Shown piece after piece: positions 9,480 through 18,322 of a stretch of DNA of 64,000 nucleotides (the first letter of the stretch is position 1; each line of letters starts with the position of its first letter). Source of the stretch: Planctomycetota bacterium (GTDB lineage Bacteria > Planctomycetota > UBA8108 > SXIK01). The notes under the pieces were generated by a model. That model had not been told where the DNA came from and did no database searches. It saw only the letters and a list, made by a program, of their open reading frames with translations. Both the position numbers and the translations under genes were made by a program. The stretch spans positions 5,920,001 to 5,984,000 of the forward strand of contig CBDCXR010000004.1 in NCBI GenBank assembly GCA_965223845.1, given 5' to 3'.

Positions 9480-11404
9480 GCGAGCTTGTTGCTCTAAAGA
9501 ACATCGAAAGCGTCCTCGCGAACGAGGTGCTGTTTCCGACCGTCGTCCTCTGGAACCGACTGGAAGGGAGGCCGCGGCGGTCTGACTTTCGTCGAGCACT
9601 TCGCGCCGAGGTGCGCGATCCGCTCTGGATGCTCTGCAAGCAGTGGCAGGTCGGGGAGTTCAAAGGCGACGACGCCGCGTCCCCGATCGCCGCCAAGGCG
9701 CACATCAGCACGACCCGAATCCAGCGCTATCGACCAAACGACGGGGCGCCGCAAGATTTTGCGGACGACGTTCCATTCGAGGCTACCGTTGAGCAACGAC
9801 CCATTCCGTTCTTCGGTCAGGAACACGTTCTCTCGCTGGACGTACGTCTCGCGATGGGGCGTCAGTGGCGCAAGCTCTTGGCGGCGGCTGGTCTCGGTGC
9901 GCACGTCTCTCTCTTCGTCTCGCAGTACGGCATCGACGATCCCGACCCAACGTCGCGTGCTGACGCTCACACAACCGCACACCCGGCCGTGTGGCGGACG
10001 GTGACCGCGCTGGCGGGGAGAGCGATGGACGGCGCGAAGCTCTACCTTCATCTCAAAGATGATCCTGCGAACCGTGCCCACGATGGCATCGCCGTACCAG
10101 ACGCAGACAAACCGATCATCGAGCAGCTCTCGGATCGATTCGTGACCTGGTTCGAAGAACTGTTCGCACAGCCAAACGAAGGCGGAAACGACGCCTGGAA
10201 GCCGGAGCAGCTCGAGTATCGCTTTTCCGTTTCGGCGCCGCACGGCGCCGGCGAGAAGGTCATGGTCGCCGACGAGTACTACCACGGCCGACTGGACTGG
10301 TACAACCTCGACGCGGATCCGTCGCAGCCGAGCATCGATCCCGGCGCGCCTCCCGGCGACGCGCCTCCGTCAGACGACGTGCGGCGGTCCTTCACCTATT
10401 CGTTTCTGCCAACGACGATTCAGTTCGAGGGCATGCCGAACACGCGATGGTGGGCGTTCGAAGACCAGAAGACCAGCTTCGGCGACATCAAGCCCGATAC
10501 GACCGATCTCAACAAGCTGCTGCTCATGGAGTTCGGGCTGATCTACGCGAACGACTGGTTCTTGCTGCCGTTTCAGCTGCCGGTTGGCAGCCTGGCGAAC
10601 GTCGAGGGTCTCGCGGTCACCAACGTATTCGGTGAACGAACGTGGATCGAGGCGTCGGGAAAAGGGGACGACGAGAATTGGCAACGCTGGGCCATGTACA
10701 ACTTGTCGGTCAAGGGCGACGAGAGTACAGCCGCGGACACCACACTCGTTCTCTTGCCGACGGTGCCAAAGATTCAGGAAGGAAAACCGTTCGACGACGT
10801 ACGGCTCGTCCGCGACGAAGTGTCGAACATGGTCTGGGGCGTAGAACGACTCGTCCCTCTCGCGACCGGTCGCAGCAAGCCGGGTCAGGAAGCAGGCCGG
10901 GAGCTCGCCAATCGATACGAGGCGTTGCTCGACGCCGAAATCAGCGACGGATCGATCGTTCCAGTCGTTCCCGAGTCGAACGCGGCGATACGATACCGTC
11001 TCATGCGCGGCGTCCCCGAGAACTGGATCCCGTTCATTCCGGTCCACCTCGACGGCAACAATCGAGAGATCCAGCTCCAGCGTGCTTCGATGCCGAGGAT
11101 CATCGAGGGCGATCCGGGACCACCGAAGAAGATCAAGCCGCGTACGGTGCTGCTCCGCGAGGGCTTGGACGACGAACTCGCTCGACCGTACTTCTTGCAC
11201 GAAGAAGAAGTCCCCCGCGCTGGCGTTCGCGTTACGCAGTCCTACCAGCGCACGCGGTGGTCGGACGGACGCGTGTTCACCTGGGTGGGCGTGCGCAAGA
11301 CGACCGGTCGAGGTGAAGGACACAGCGGACTCGCATTCGATCGGGTGGAGCCCACGCGCGCTCAGCTTCGCCCTGCGCTTCGACCGTTTCGATCTGAGGC
11401 GTAG
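9476..11404 (+). CDS. Conserved hypothetical protein, 642 aa, last gene of the giant-protein operon
   Basis: GTGA overlap with the upstream gene. Blocks WNRLEGRPR, DPLWMLCKQWQVGEFKGDDAASP, GMPNTRWWAFED, EFGLIYANDWF, EEEVPRAGV, GRGEGHSGLAFD. Confidence 0.9.
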   Translation: MSELVALKNIESVLANEVLFPTVVLWNRLEGRPRRSDFRRALRAEVRDPLWMLCKQWQVGEFKGDDAASPIAAKAHISTTRIQRYRPNDGAPQDFADDVPFEATVEQRPIPFFGQEHVLSLDVRLAMGRQWRKLLAAAGLGAHVSLFVSQYGIDDPDPTSRADAHTTAHPAVWRTVTALAGRAMDGAKLYLHLKDDPANRAHDGIAVPDADKPIIEQLSDRFVTWFEELFAQPNEGGNDAWKPEQLEYRFSVSAPHGAGEKVMVADEYYHGRLDWYNLDADPSQPSIDPGAPPGDAPPSDDVRRSFTYSFLPTTIQFEGMPNTRWWAFEDQKTSFGDIKPDTTDLNKLLLMEFGLIYANDWFLLPFQLPVGSLANVEGLAVTNVFGERTWIEASGKGDDENWQRWAMYNLSVKGDESTAADTTLVLLPTVPKIQEGKPFDDVRLVRDEVSNMVWGVERLVPLATGRSKPGQEAGRELANRYEALLDAEISDGSIVPVVPESNAAIRYRLMRGVPENWIPFIPVHLDGNNREIQLQRASMPRIIEGDPGPPKKIKPRTVLLREGLDDELARPYFLHEEEVPRAGVRVTQSYQRTRWSDGRVFTWVGVRKTTGRGEGHSGLAFDRVEPTRAQLRPALRPFRSEA

Positions 11405-11482
11405 CTCCAAGGGCTCCTCGTTTGCAGCGACGCTCGGCGATCGGGCACAGTCGCGTTTGCGCAAGACGCTTCTTTTCCCCAA

Positions 11483-11520
11483 CAAAAAAGCCGCCGCCCG
11501 AGCTTCCTCGAGCGGCGGCT
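11483..11520 (-). terminator. Intrinsic terminator of the minus-strand gene ending at 11550
   Basis: Minus strand reads agccgccgctcgag-gaag-ctcgggcggcggct followed by TTTTTG: a GC stem plus U-tract about 30 nt after the stop. Confidence 0.8.
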
Positions 11521-11549
11521 GAGCCAGGGGGTTGGGTTAGCTGAGTCCG

Positions 11550-13226
11550 TTACTGAGGGGCGACCAGACCCAAGTCGCACCTCCGGTAGCGCTCGCACGT
11601 CAGGCGATCGACCGTCGGATCCTCGCCGCAGCGGAACGGTCCCGGCGCCGGCGGGATCGGGCCTTCACCGAAGAGCCAGTTGAGGAGGTACATCGCGTCG
11701 CCGATGTTGATCGTGCCGTCGTCGTTGGCGTCGGCGGCGTCGCCGCATCCGGGCTCCGGGCCGCTCGCGAAGAGCCAGCCGAGCTCGAACATGGGATCCG
11801 CGACGTTCACCGTGCTGTCGCCGTTTGCGTCGCCGCGGCGGAAGACCGGGGCGGGCGGCTCGACGTCACCGGGGATCTGGAGGACGAGGATATCGTCGTC
11901 GGTGAACGCGGGGAGCTCGGGAGTCGCCTCGAGTGTCGGCCGGATCAAGATCACGAGCTCGTCGCCCGGCTGAGCGTTCGGCAGGTTCTTCGGCGGGCAG
12001 TACCACTGAATGTAGCCGCAGCCGCAGATGATGTTCTCGAGGCAGATGCAGGTGCCGCCCGACTCCTGGCAGTGCGTCGAGCAACCAGCCTCTTCGCCCC
12101 CGCCCGGACCCGCGACGATCTCGAACTCCTCTTCGTAGACCTTCTCGCCGTTGAGGCGAACCTCGACGACCGAGGAGAAATCGGCCTTGCCGTTCAAGCG
12201 TGCGACCCGCGCCGAGAGAAGCGCCTCGACCGTGTAGCCGTCGCCTTCCTCGGCGGGCGACACTTCGCCTTCCTCGACCTTACGGTTCCAGAAGGGTACG
12301 GCGGTGACTCGGCGGTTGTCGCTCATGTTCGGCTCGGGGAGAGCGTCGTCCGCGGGGTAGAGAATCACCATGATCTCGTCGCCCGGCTGAGCGCCCGGGA
12401 CGTTCTTCGGCGGGCAGTACCACTGAATGTGGCCACAGCCGCAGATGATGTTCTCGAGGCAGATGCAGGTGCCGCCCGACTCCTGGCAGTGCGTCGAGCA
12501 GCCGGCCGCTTCGCCGCCACCGGGCGTCGCCGCGATCTCGAAGAACTCCCGCATGACGGGCTCGCCGTTCAGGTGAATGACCCCGATCGCCGAGAGGTCG
12601 GCGGGGCCGTTCAGATCGGCGGCCGACACCGCGAGCTGAGCACGAACGTTGAAGCCTCCGTCGGCCGTGGGCTCGACTTGGAGGTCCTTGACCTCTCGAT
12701 TCCAGCTCGGAACGATCGCCGAAGCGCTGTCGTCGCGCTCGTACTGCTCGCCGGGCGTGCCGTCGAGCGGAACGAGAACAACGCGCACCTCGTCTCCGGG
12801 CTCCGCGTCCGAGGCATCCGGATGCCAAATCCACGTGAGCTCACCGCACCCACAAAGCGATGTGCCTTCGAGGCAGATACAGACCTTGCCGGTCTCCTGA
12901 CAGTGGCTGGGACAACCGCCGAACGCCGCACTGGGCTCGGCCTTCGAGCTGACCAGGGGACGAAAGAGCTCGCGGTCGACGAGCTCGTCGTTGACGAAGA
13001 AGTTCGCTACGAATCCGAGGTCCGGAATGCGGCCCGTCAGGCTGAGCGCGACGAGCTCTACGCTCACCTCGACTTGCGACTCCTCCCGGACCGCGACTGC
13101 GATCTCGGCGACACCGCGATTCCAGCCGGGATCGGCCGGACTACCAACTCCGGCCGTCACCGCCGGAGTACCCAAGGACACGATCGCCAGGGCGAGAGAC
13201 AGGAGAGAACGTTTGGCCGCAGTCAT
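11550..13226 (-). CDS. Secreted protein: three ~139-aa Ig-like repeats each carrying a Cys-rich cassette, plus a C-terminal dockerin-like domain
   Basis: AAGGAGG RBS, signal peptide. Repeats start WNRxV and contain CxxHCQExGxxCICLExxxCGCG. Tail FRRGDANGDSTVNVAD...CGDAADANDDGTINIGD. Confidence 0.85.
   Translation of the reverse strand: MTAAKRSLLSLALAIVSLGTPAVTAGVGSPADPGWNRGVAEIAVAVREESQVEVSVELVALSLTGRIPDLGFVANFFVNDELVDRELFRPLVSSKAEPSAAFGGCPSHCQETGKVCICLEGTSLCGCGELTWIWHPDASDAEPGDEVRVVLVPLDGTPGEQYERDDSASAIVPSWNREVKDLQVEPTADGGFNVRAQLAVSAADLNGPADLSAIGVIHLNGEPVMREFFEIAATPGGGEAAGCSTHCQESGGTCICLENIICGCGHIQWYCPPKNVPGAQPGDEIMVILYPADDALPEPNMSDNRRVTAVPFWNRKVEEGEVSPAEEGDGYTVEALLSARVARLNGKADFSSVVEVRLNGEKVYEEEFEIVAGPGGGEEAGCSTHCQESGGTCICLENIICGCGYIQWYCPPKNLPNAQPGDELVILIRPTLEATPELPAFTDDDILVLQIPGDVEPPAPVFRRGDANGDSTVNVADPMFELGWLFASGPEPGCGDAADANDDGTINIGDAMYLLNWLFGEGPIPPAPGPFRCGEDPTVDRLTCERYRRCDLGLVAPQ
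11985..12500. repeat. Intragenic 99-nt direct repeat (11985-12083 and 12402-12500; 97/99 identical)
   Basis: Manual alignment gives a 417-nt offset and two mismatches. It encodes the Cys cassette of repeats 2 and 3. Confidence 0.9.
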
Positions 13227-13369
13227 GGCTGGCCTCCTTCCCGATAAAAGTGGGGTGAATCCTCATTCGAGCTGGGCGACCCCCGGTGGGTCGTCCCGGC
13301 CCAATGGACTCGGGGGAGGAGGCGGGAGGGTGGCTCAGGAGATTCGGCCGGCCAGCGGTCGAGGTCGTC

Positions 13370-13390
13370 CTAAGGCATTATTATCATTAG
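13370..13390 (-). promoter_or_regulatory. AT-rich promoter (-10-like GATAAT) or possible Fur-family operator upstream of the Cys-rich gene
   Basis: Minus strand CTAATGATAATAATGCCTTAG in a high-GC context, about 145 nt upstream of ATG 13226. 12/19 match to the E. coli Fur consensus by hand alignment. Confidence 0.35.
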
Positions 13391-13505
13391 ACTTGAGCCG
13401 AAGGCCTCGGGCCGGACGGGCGGCCAAGAAAAGAAGCAAGAGCCGCCCCGGCACTGCGGGACGGCTCTTCGCTGATCTCGATTCGAGTCGTGCGGCGTCG
13501 ATCCG

Positions 13506-14633
13506 CTACGACCGCGTGAATTCCGGCAGGCGCACGATCTCGCCCCCCTTCTGCGCCGACTCGTGCGCACAGAGGCCGACGCAAGTCCAGTTCGCCGACT
13601 GAGCGGCGTTCGGATACGGATCGCGTCCTTCGAGGAGCGCACTCACGAACTCGTGGGCGAGATGCGGGTGCGAGCCGCCGTGACCGGCTCCTTGCGTGAA
13701 CGAGAGGTGAGTGTTCTCGTCGAGGTCGTAGACGCCCTTCGTCGTGAAGGGCTGGATCTCCGCGGGGAGCAGGTGCGCGTAGTCGGGTACCGTGATGCGC
13801 TCGGGGATTTCGTGCTCGGGCTTCTTCGCCGTGTGGAGCACCGGATCCTCACCCTCGATGAGCGGCCATTCGAAAGCCTTCTTCGAGCCGTAGACGTCGA
13901 AGCTCTCACGGTATTGACGCGCGGTGTCGAAGAGCGAGCGGTAGATGCGCGCGGTCACGTCGCTGTCGGCGAGCTTAACGTGGCAGGTCTCGACCGCGTA
14001 CGGCGAGTTGTAGACCGGGATCAGCTCGTCGCGGATCGTTCCCGATCCGAAGCACGAGACGTACTCCGCGTCCTTCCGCGTGAGCGCGAGGCAGGGGCCG
14101 ACGCAGTGCGTCGCGTAGTGCATGGGAGGAAGGCCCGGCCAGTAGTCCGGCCACCCGTCCATGTCCTGTTGGTGACTCGCTTGGAGGAATTGTATCTTTC
14201 CGAACTCACCCTTTTCGAACAGCTCGCGGCAGTAGAGGTACTCGCGCGCGTAGACGACGGTCTCTGCCATCATGTACTTGAGCCCGGTTTCCTTGACGAG
14301 CTCGACGATCTGACGGCACTCGTCGATCGTCGTCGCCATCGGCACCGTACACATGACGTGCTTTCCCGCCTTGAGAGCGGCGATCGACTGCGGAGCGTGA
14401 TCGGGAATCGGCGTGTTGATGTGGACGAAGTCGACGTTCGGGTCCGCGAGTACGTCCTCGTACTTCGTGTAGCGCTTCTCGATGCCGAGCGCGTCACCGA
14501 TCTGGTTCATCTTGTCCGCCGAGCGCTGGCAGATCGCGTACATGTTCGCGTTCGGATGCCGCTGGTAGATCGGAATGAACTCTGCGCCGAATCCGAGTCC
14601 GATGATCGCAACGTTGACCTTCTTGTCGCTCAT
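13506..14633 (-). CDS. Gfo/Idh/MocA family oxidoreductase
   Basis: N-terminal VAIIGLGFG Rossmann motif; VHINTPIPDH...AGKHVMCTVPM. Confidence 0.9.
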   Translation of the reverse strand: MSDKKVNVAIIGLGFGAEFIPIYQRHPNANMYAICQRSADKMNQIGDALGIEKRYTKYEDVLADPNVDFVHINTPIPDHAPQSIAALKAGKHVMCTVPMATTIDECRQIVELVKETGLKYMMAETVVYAREYLYCRELFEKGEFGKIQFLQASHQQDMDGWPDYWPGLPPMHYATHCVGPCLALTRKDAEYVSCFGSGTIRDELIPVYNSPYAVETCHVKLADSDVTARIYRSLFDTARQYRESFDVYGSKKAFEWPLIEGEDPVLHTAKKPEHEIPERITVPDYAHLLPAEIQPFTTKGVYDLDENTHLSFTQGAGHGGSHPHLAHEFVSALLEGRDPYPNAAQSANWTCVGLCAHESAQKGGEIVRLPEFTRS

Positions 14634-14902
14634 GGCTCTCGCTTCTTCTTGGGCCGTAAAGGGGACGGGACGCGGAAGATTCTCGGCCAGCTAGGGGGCG
14701 AAATCAAGCGATGGAGTGCCGCGCGCGTGCCGAGTATCCGCGGTCTCGACACCTTCGCGGACGGTGGTGAGCGCACGCGCCGAGTTACCGGTGATCGATC
14801 CGAGTTTCGCGCAAGATCGGACGCGGACTTACGCGAGATGGAGGATGCCGCAAATCGCGGCGCGTCCACGAGAGGATCATTTCCAGCCAAGGGGTAACCG
14901 AC

Positions 14903-16027
14903 ATGAGCGTCGCCATCTCGCGCGTTGTGAGTTTCCGGTCGGTCGGCACGTTCGCCGTCCTCGCCAGCTTCCTCGCTGCCGGTTGCGGCGGGAGCAGCAG
15001 CGACTCTGGTCCTCCCGTTGGAACCGAGGCGGCGGAGACGGCTGCGGCGATGGCGGAGCTCGGCATCGAGGGTCTCGAGGGAGTTCTCTCCTTCGAAGGA
15101 GACGCGCCGGCCGCGGTGGCCGTCGTCGATTCGGGCACGTCACTCGCGCAGAGCTTCCTCCGCCGATCCGGGATCTTCCGCTTTCTTCCCGAGGGGGCGA
15201 CTGGCGACGGCGTCGCGAGTGCGGTCGCCGCTTGCGGATCGGGCGGAACGATCACATCGGACTGCACTGTCGATGGCAGCGTGAGTACGCTCAGCGTCAC
15301 AGCCTCGAACTGCGTAGAAGACGACTTCGGCACCGTCATCTCGATGAACGGGAACATGACGATGTCCACCGAAGACCCGACCGCTTGCGCAGACGAGCTC
15401 GACTCGGCGGACGACGTCTCGATCTCGCTCAATAGTTTTCAGATCACGACGCGGGTCGGCGGCAACATCGTCGGCAGCTTGTTCATGGATGGAGATCTGA
15501 GCTTCGTAGAAGGGGTCGATCCCGGTTGCATGCTCGACACCGGTACTTTGACCGCGGACTACATCGTGCGATTCTTCTCGGCCGAGGACGGAGAAGACAT
15601 CACCGTCGAGGCAACGAATCTCACGATGACGATCACGACCGCGACCTCGCCCTGCCAAGACACGATCGCAGTCGACGGGACCCTCTACGTCGACAACCGC
15701 GTCACGGGTCGGCGCATGCGCCAGACCTACAACGGATTCACCGTCGTGCTCGAGCCGGTCACCGGCGGCGTCGAACTCACGCTGAGCGGAGAGACGTCGC
15801 TCAACTGCATGGGCGCCGTCACGTTCGTGACGAACACCCCGCTCTTCATTGCGGATGGTGATGACTGCGCGACGAGCGGCGAACTCCTCGTGACGATCGT
15901 CGATACGGGCGAAGTCGCCCTGGTTACCTACAACGGGGACGGATCGGTCGACATCGATCTCGGGAACGACGGATCCGTCGACCGAAGCCGCGCCTGCGGC
16001 GCCGTTCGTCCGGCTTGCACGAGCTGA
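14903..16027 (+). CDS. Hypothetical lipoprotein, beta-rich with paired Cys
   Basis: Lipobox LAAGC followed by a GGSSSDSG linker; Thr/Asp/Gly-rich. Confidence 0.8.
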   Translation: MSVAISRVVSFRSVGTFAVLASFLAAGCGGSSSDSGPPVGTEAAETAAAMAELGIEGLEGVLSFEGDAPAAVAVVDSGTSLAQSFLRRSGIFRFLPEGATGDGVASAVAACGSGGTITSDCTVDGSVSTLSVTASNCVEDDFGTVISMNGNMTMSTEDPTACADELDSADDVSISLNSFQITTRVGGNIVGSLFMDGDLSFVEGVDPGCMLDTGTLTADYIVRFFSAEDGEDITVEATNLTMTITTATSPCQDTIAVDGTLYVDNRVTGRRMRQTYNGFTVVLEPVTGGVELTLSGETSLNCMGAVTFVTNTPLFIADGDDCATSGELLVTIVDTGEVALVTYNGDGSVDIDLGNDGSVDRSRACGAVRPACTS

Positions 16028-16102
16028 CACCGACCGAAACCGAAATCAGATTCCGGGGTTGGGGTGAACATACGGAGGTGCGGCCCGTGCGCACCTCCGT
16101 TT

Positions 16103-18148
16103 TCACTTTCGGAGCAGGGTTTCTCGCGCACTTTCGTCCGCGCGCCGCGAGTAGTCGACGGCAAACCAGCGGAGCGAACCGCGGCCGCGTGAGCGAACGC
16201 CGAGCTCGAGTGATTCGCCGTCGATCGCGCGGTCGCTCGCGAGGACGAGGAAGAAGAAGCCGCCCGAATCGACGGCCGACGTCCACGTCGGTAGGTAGAG
16301 AAGCTCTGCTTTGCTGTCTTCGTCAAACCAGCGGCTCGGTCGATTTGTCGCGTCGAACCGGAGCACGACCTCGCCGTTGACGAGGAGCTCGAAGCCTTCG
16401 GTCTTCGGCTGGCTGAGGTAACCGAGGCCGCCGATGAACGCCAGCGTGACTCGATCGCCGACTCCTCTCTTCACCTTGGCCGTCTTCCAGGTGAGCGTCG
16501 CTCCACGCGCCATCTGACGGACGTAGGGGCGAAATCGCTTTGTTCCGGTGTAATCGAACCAGCTGTCTGTGCCTCCGTCGTTCTCCTCGAGCGCGGCGAA
16601 GCCGTCCTGAGCGCTCGCGAGTGCTCGCTCGAGCGTTGCGGCCCGGATGGGCGTGTTCCCGGCTTCGACCTCGGCGAGGAGCGCCGCGACTCGATTCTCG
16701 AGCGCCGAACTCTCGACCGGGGAGAGAGCGGGAGGGTCCGCGAGCCGCGCCGGGTCGGCCTTCGGGTGAGTGTGAAACGGCGATGGACCGAGCTCGGCTC
16801 GTGGCGCGAAGCTCTTCGGCACGAGCTCGTGTACGGCGCTCACGATGACGTCTTCTACCTCCGGTGCGTAGCGCGTAGGGAGTTCGTAATAGGTCTGAGA
16901 AAACTCCGCTTCGTAACCGCCCTCGCGAAGAATCCGCTTCGACGGAATGTACGACGGCACGTCGTTCGCCCACGCGTTGATCCAGAGTCGCGACCAGTCG
17001 AGCTCGCGCTTGAGGCGTACGGCGTAGTCGACGACCACCTCGCCGGGAAGAAAGACGATCGCGAGATCGTCACCAAACGACCACGTCGTCACCGGGTAGC
17101 GTACGTGCGTCGGGATCGATCCCTCGCGCGCGAGGATCTCGAGTTGGCGGCGTGCGTTCTCGCCGTCGAAGTCGCGCCGTCTCGCGAGCTCTTCGAAGTG
17201 CGCGCGGTCGGGGATCGGCGCGAGCGGGAGAGCGAGCTCACTCGCGGCGACGACGGGCGGACCGGGAAGCGGCGTCAGTTGCGAACGCAAGACTCGGCGG
17301 ACCTCGGCTCCGATCGCATTGCCGTGCGCGCTCGCGTTCGCGTCCGATCCCGACGGCTGCGGGCCCACGTCCGCTCCGCAACCGATCGTCGTCAGTGACG
17401 TCGAGCCGGGAAACGCCGATTCGATCGCGTCGTTCGCGTAGCCCGCCCAATCGCCGTGAACGCGATTCCGAGCGCCGAGCGTCGTACAGTGACACGCGTA
17501 GCTCGTCCAAACGGCGAACGGCGTTCCCGCTGGATCGCGGGCGAGGAGGACGGGGAGGCTGTGATCGACCGGCGCTTCGATCTGAAAGCCGAAGCCGCGC
17601 CACTCGCCGTCGCGCATGATCCTCCGGTTGCCGCCGAATTCGACGCGGCCTAGTCCCCACTCGAGGGAAGCCTCGCGGCGCGCACGAAGCGCTCTCCGGC
17701 CAACCTCGACGACGCGATCTACGAGCCACCCCGCGTACCGTTCCATATTCGCTTCCTGAGCGGCGGTCGTCCGACCGCCCCAGAGAACGCGCGCGTAGCC
17801 GGGGAGAGAAGGCGCGTTGTGCGTGTGGGTCGATGCGATCGTGATGCGGCGGCCGTCGAGACCGGCGTCGCGGCGGAATCGTTCGACGATTCGCTTCGTG
17901 ATTCGCTCGGGCACACCGCAGTTATCCACCGCGACGAGGAGGACTGGCGACGACGCGCCGATCGCGAGTGCGCGCGCCCAGATCTTCGTGTCGATCCCTT
18001 CGTGCTCGGTCGTCCGGCCGCCGTAGCCGGCGAGAACGACGGGATGGGTCGGAGTGATGTCGATTTTCGCCACGCCAACTTGCGTCGCGAGCACGCGCTC
18101 AGGAGCGAGCGCGATGGTGGCGAGGAGGATGACGATCGAGAGGCGCAT
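16103..18148 (-). CDS. Secreted neutral/alkaline ceramidase N-terminal-domain family protein with a C-terminal extension
   Basis: True start MRLSIVILLATIALA at 18148. Motifs VGVAKIDITP, LAGYGGR, STHTHNAP, YACHCTT, GEVVVDY, EGGYE. Confidence 0.8.
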   Translation of the reverse strand: MRLSIVILLATIALAPERVLATQVGVAKIDITPTHPVVLAGYGGRTTEHEGIDTKIWARALAIGASSPVLLVAVDNCGVPERITKRIVERFRRDAGLDGRRITIASTHTHNAPSLPGYARVLWGGRTTAAQEANMERYAGWLVDRVVEVGRRALRARREASLEWGLGRVEFGGNRRIMRDGEWRGFGFQIEAPVDHSLPVLLARDPAGTPFAVWTSYACHCTTLGARNRVHGDWAGYANDAIESAFPGSTSLTTIGCGADVGPQPSGSDANASAHGNAIGAEVRRVLRSQLTPLPGPPVVAASELALPLAPIPDRAHFEELARRRDFDGENARRQLEILAREGSIPTHVRYPVTTWSFGDDLAIVFLPGEVVVDYAVRLKRELDWSRLWINAWANDVPSYIPSKRILREGGYEAEFSQTYYELPTRYAPEVEDVIVSAVHELVPKSFAPRAELGPSPFHTHPKADPARLADPPALSPVESSALENRVAALLAEVEAGNTPIRAATLERALASAQDGFAALEENDGGTDSWFDYTGTKRFRPYVRQMARGATLTWKTAKVKRGVGDRVTLAFIGGLGYLSQPKTEGFELLVNGEVVLRFDATNRPSRWFDEDSKAELLYLPTWTSAVDSGGFFFLVLASDRAIDGESLELGVRSRGRGSLRWFAVDYSRRADESARETLLRK

Positions 18149-18322
18149 GATCAGGTTTCCTCGGGAGGTCCCTCGCCGAAATACGCAATCGGCATCGAGC
18201 CGGACGCATCTTACCGCGATCGCGATCTGGATCGGTGTGCCCGTTTTGCTCGGGGAACCGCTCCGATCACGGCGCCAAAATACCGAGTCGCTCCGATTCG
18301 AAGGCCTCTCCTCGCCGCGCTC

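Noticed and set aside
1-11404. Prophage, eCIS or T6SS assignment for the giant operon
   Set aside because: No recognisable sheath, tube, VgrG, baseplate, terminase or AAA ATPase motifs; left unassigned.
11985-12500. 99-nt repeat as a DGR template/variable pair
   Set aside because: Both copies are in-frame in one gene, the two mismatches are reciprocal rather than adenine-specific to one copy, and there is no reverse transcriptase in the window.
12000-12915. Cys/His cassettes as c-type heme sites
   Set aside because: The motif is CxxHC, not CxxCH.
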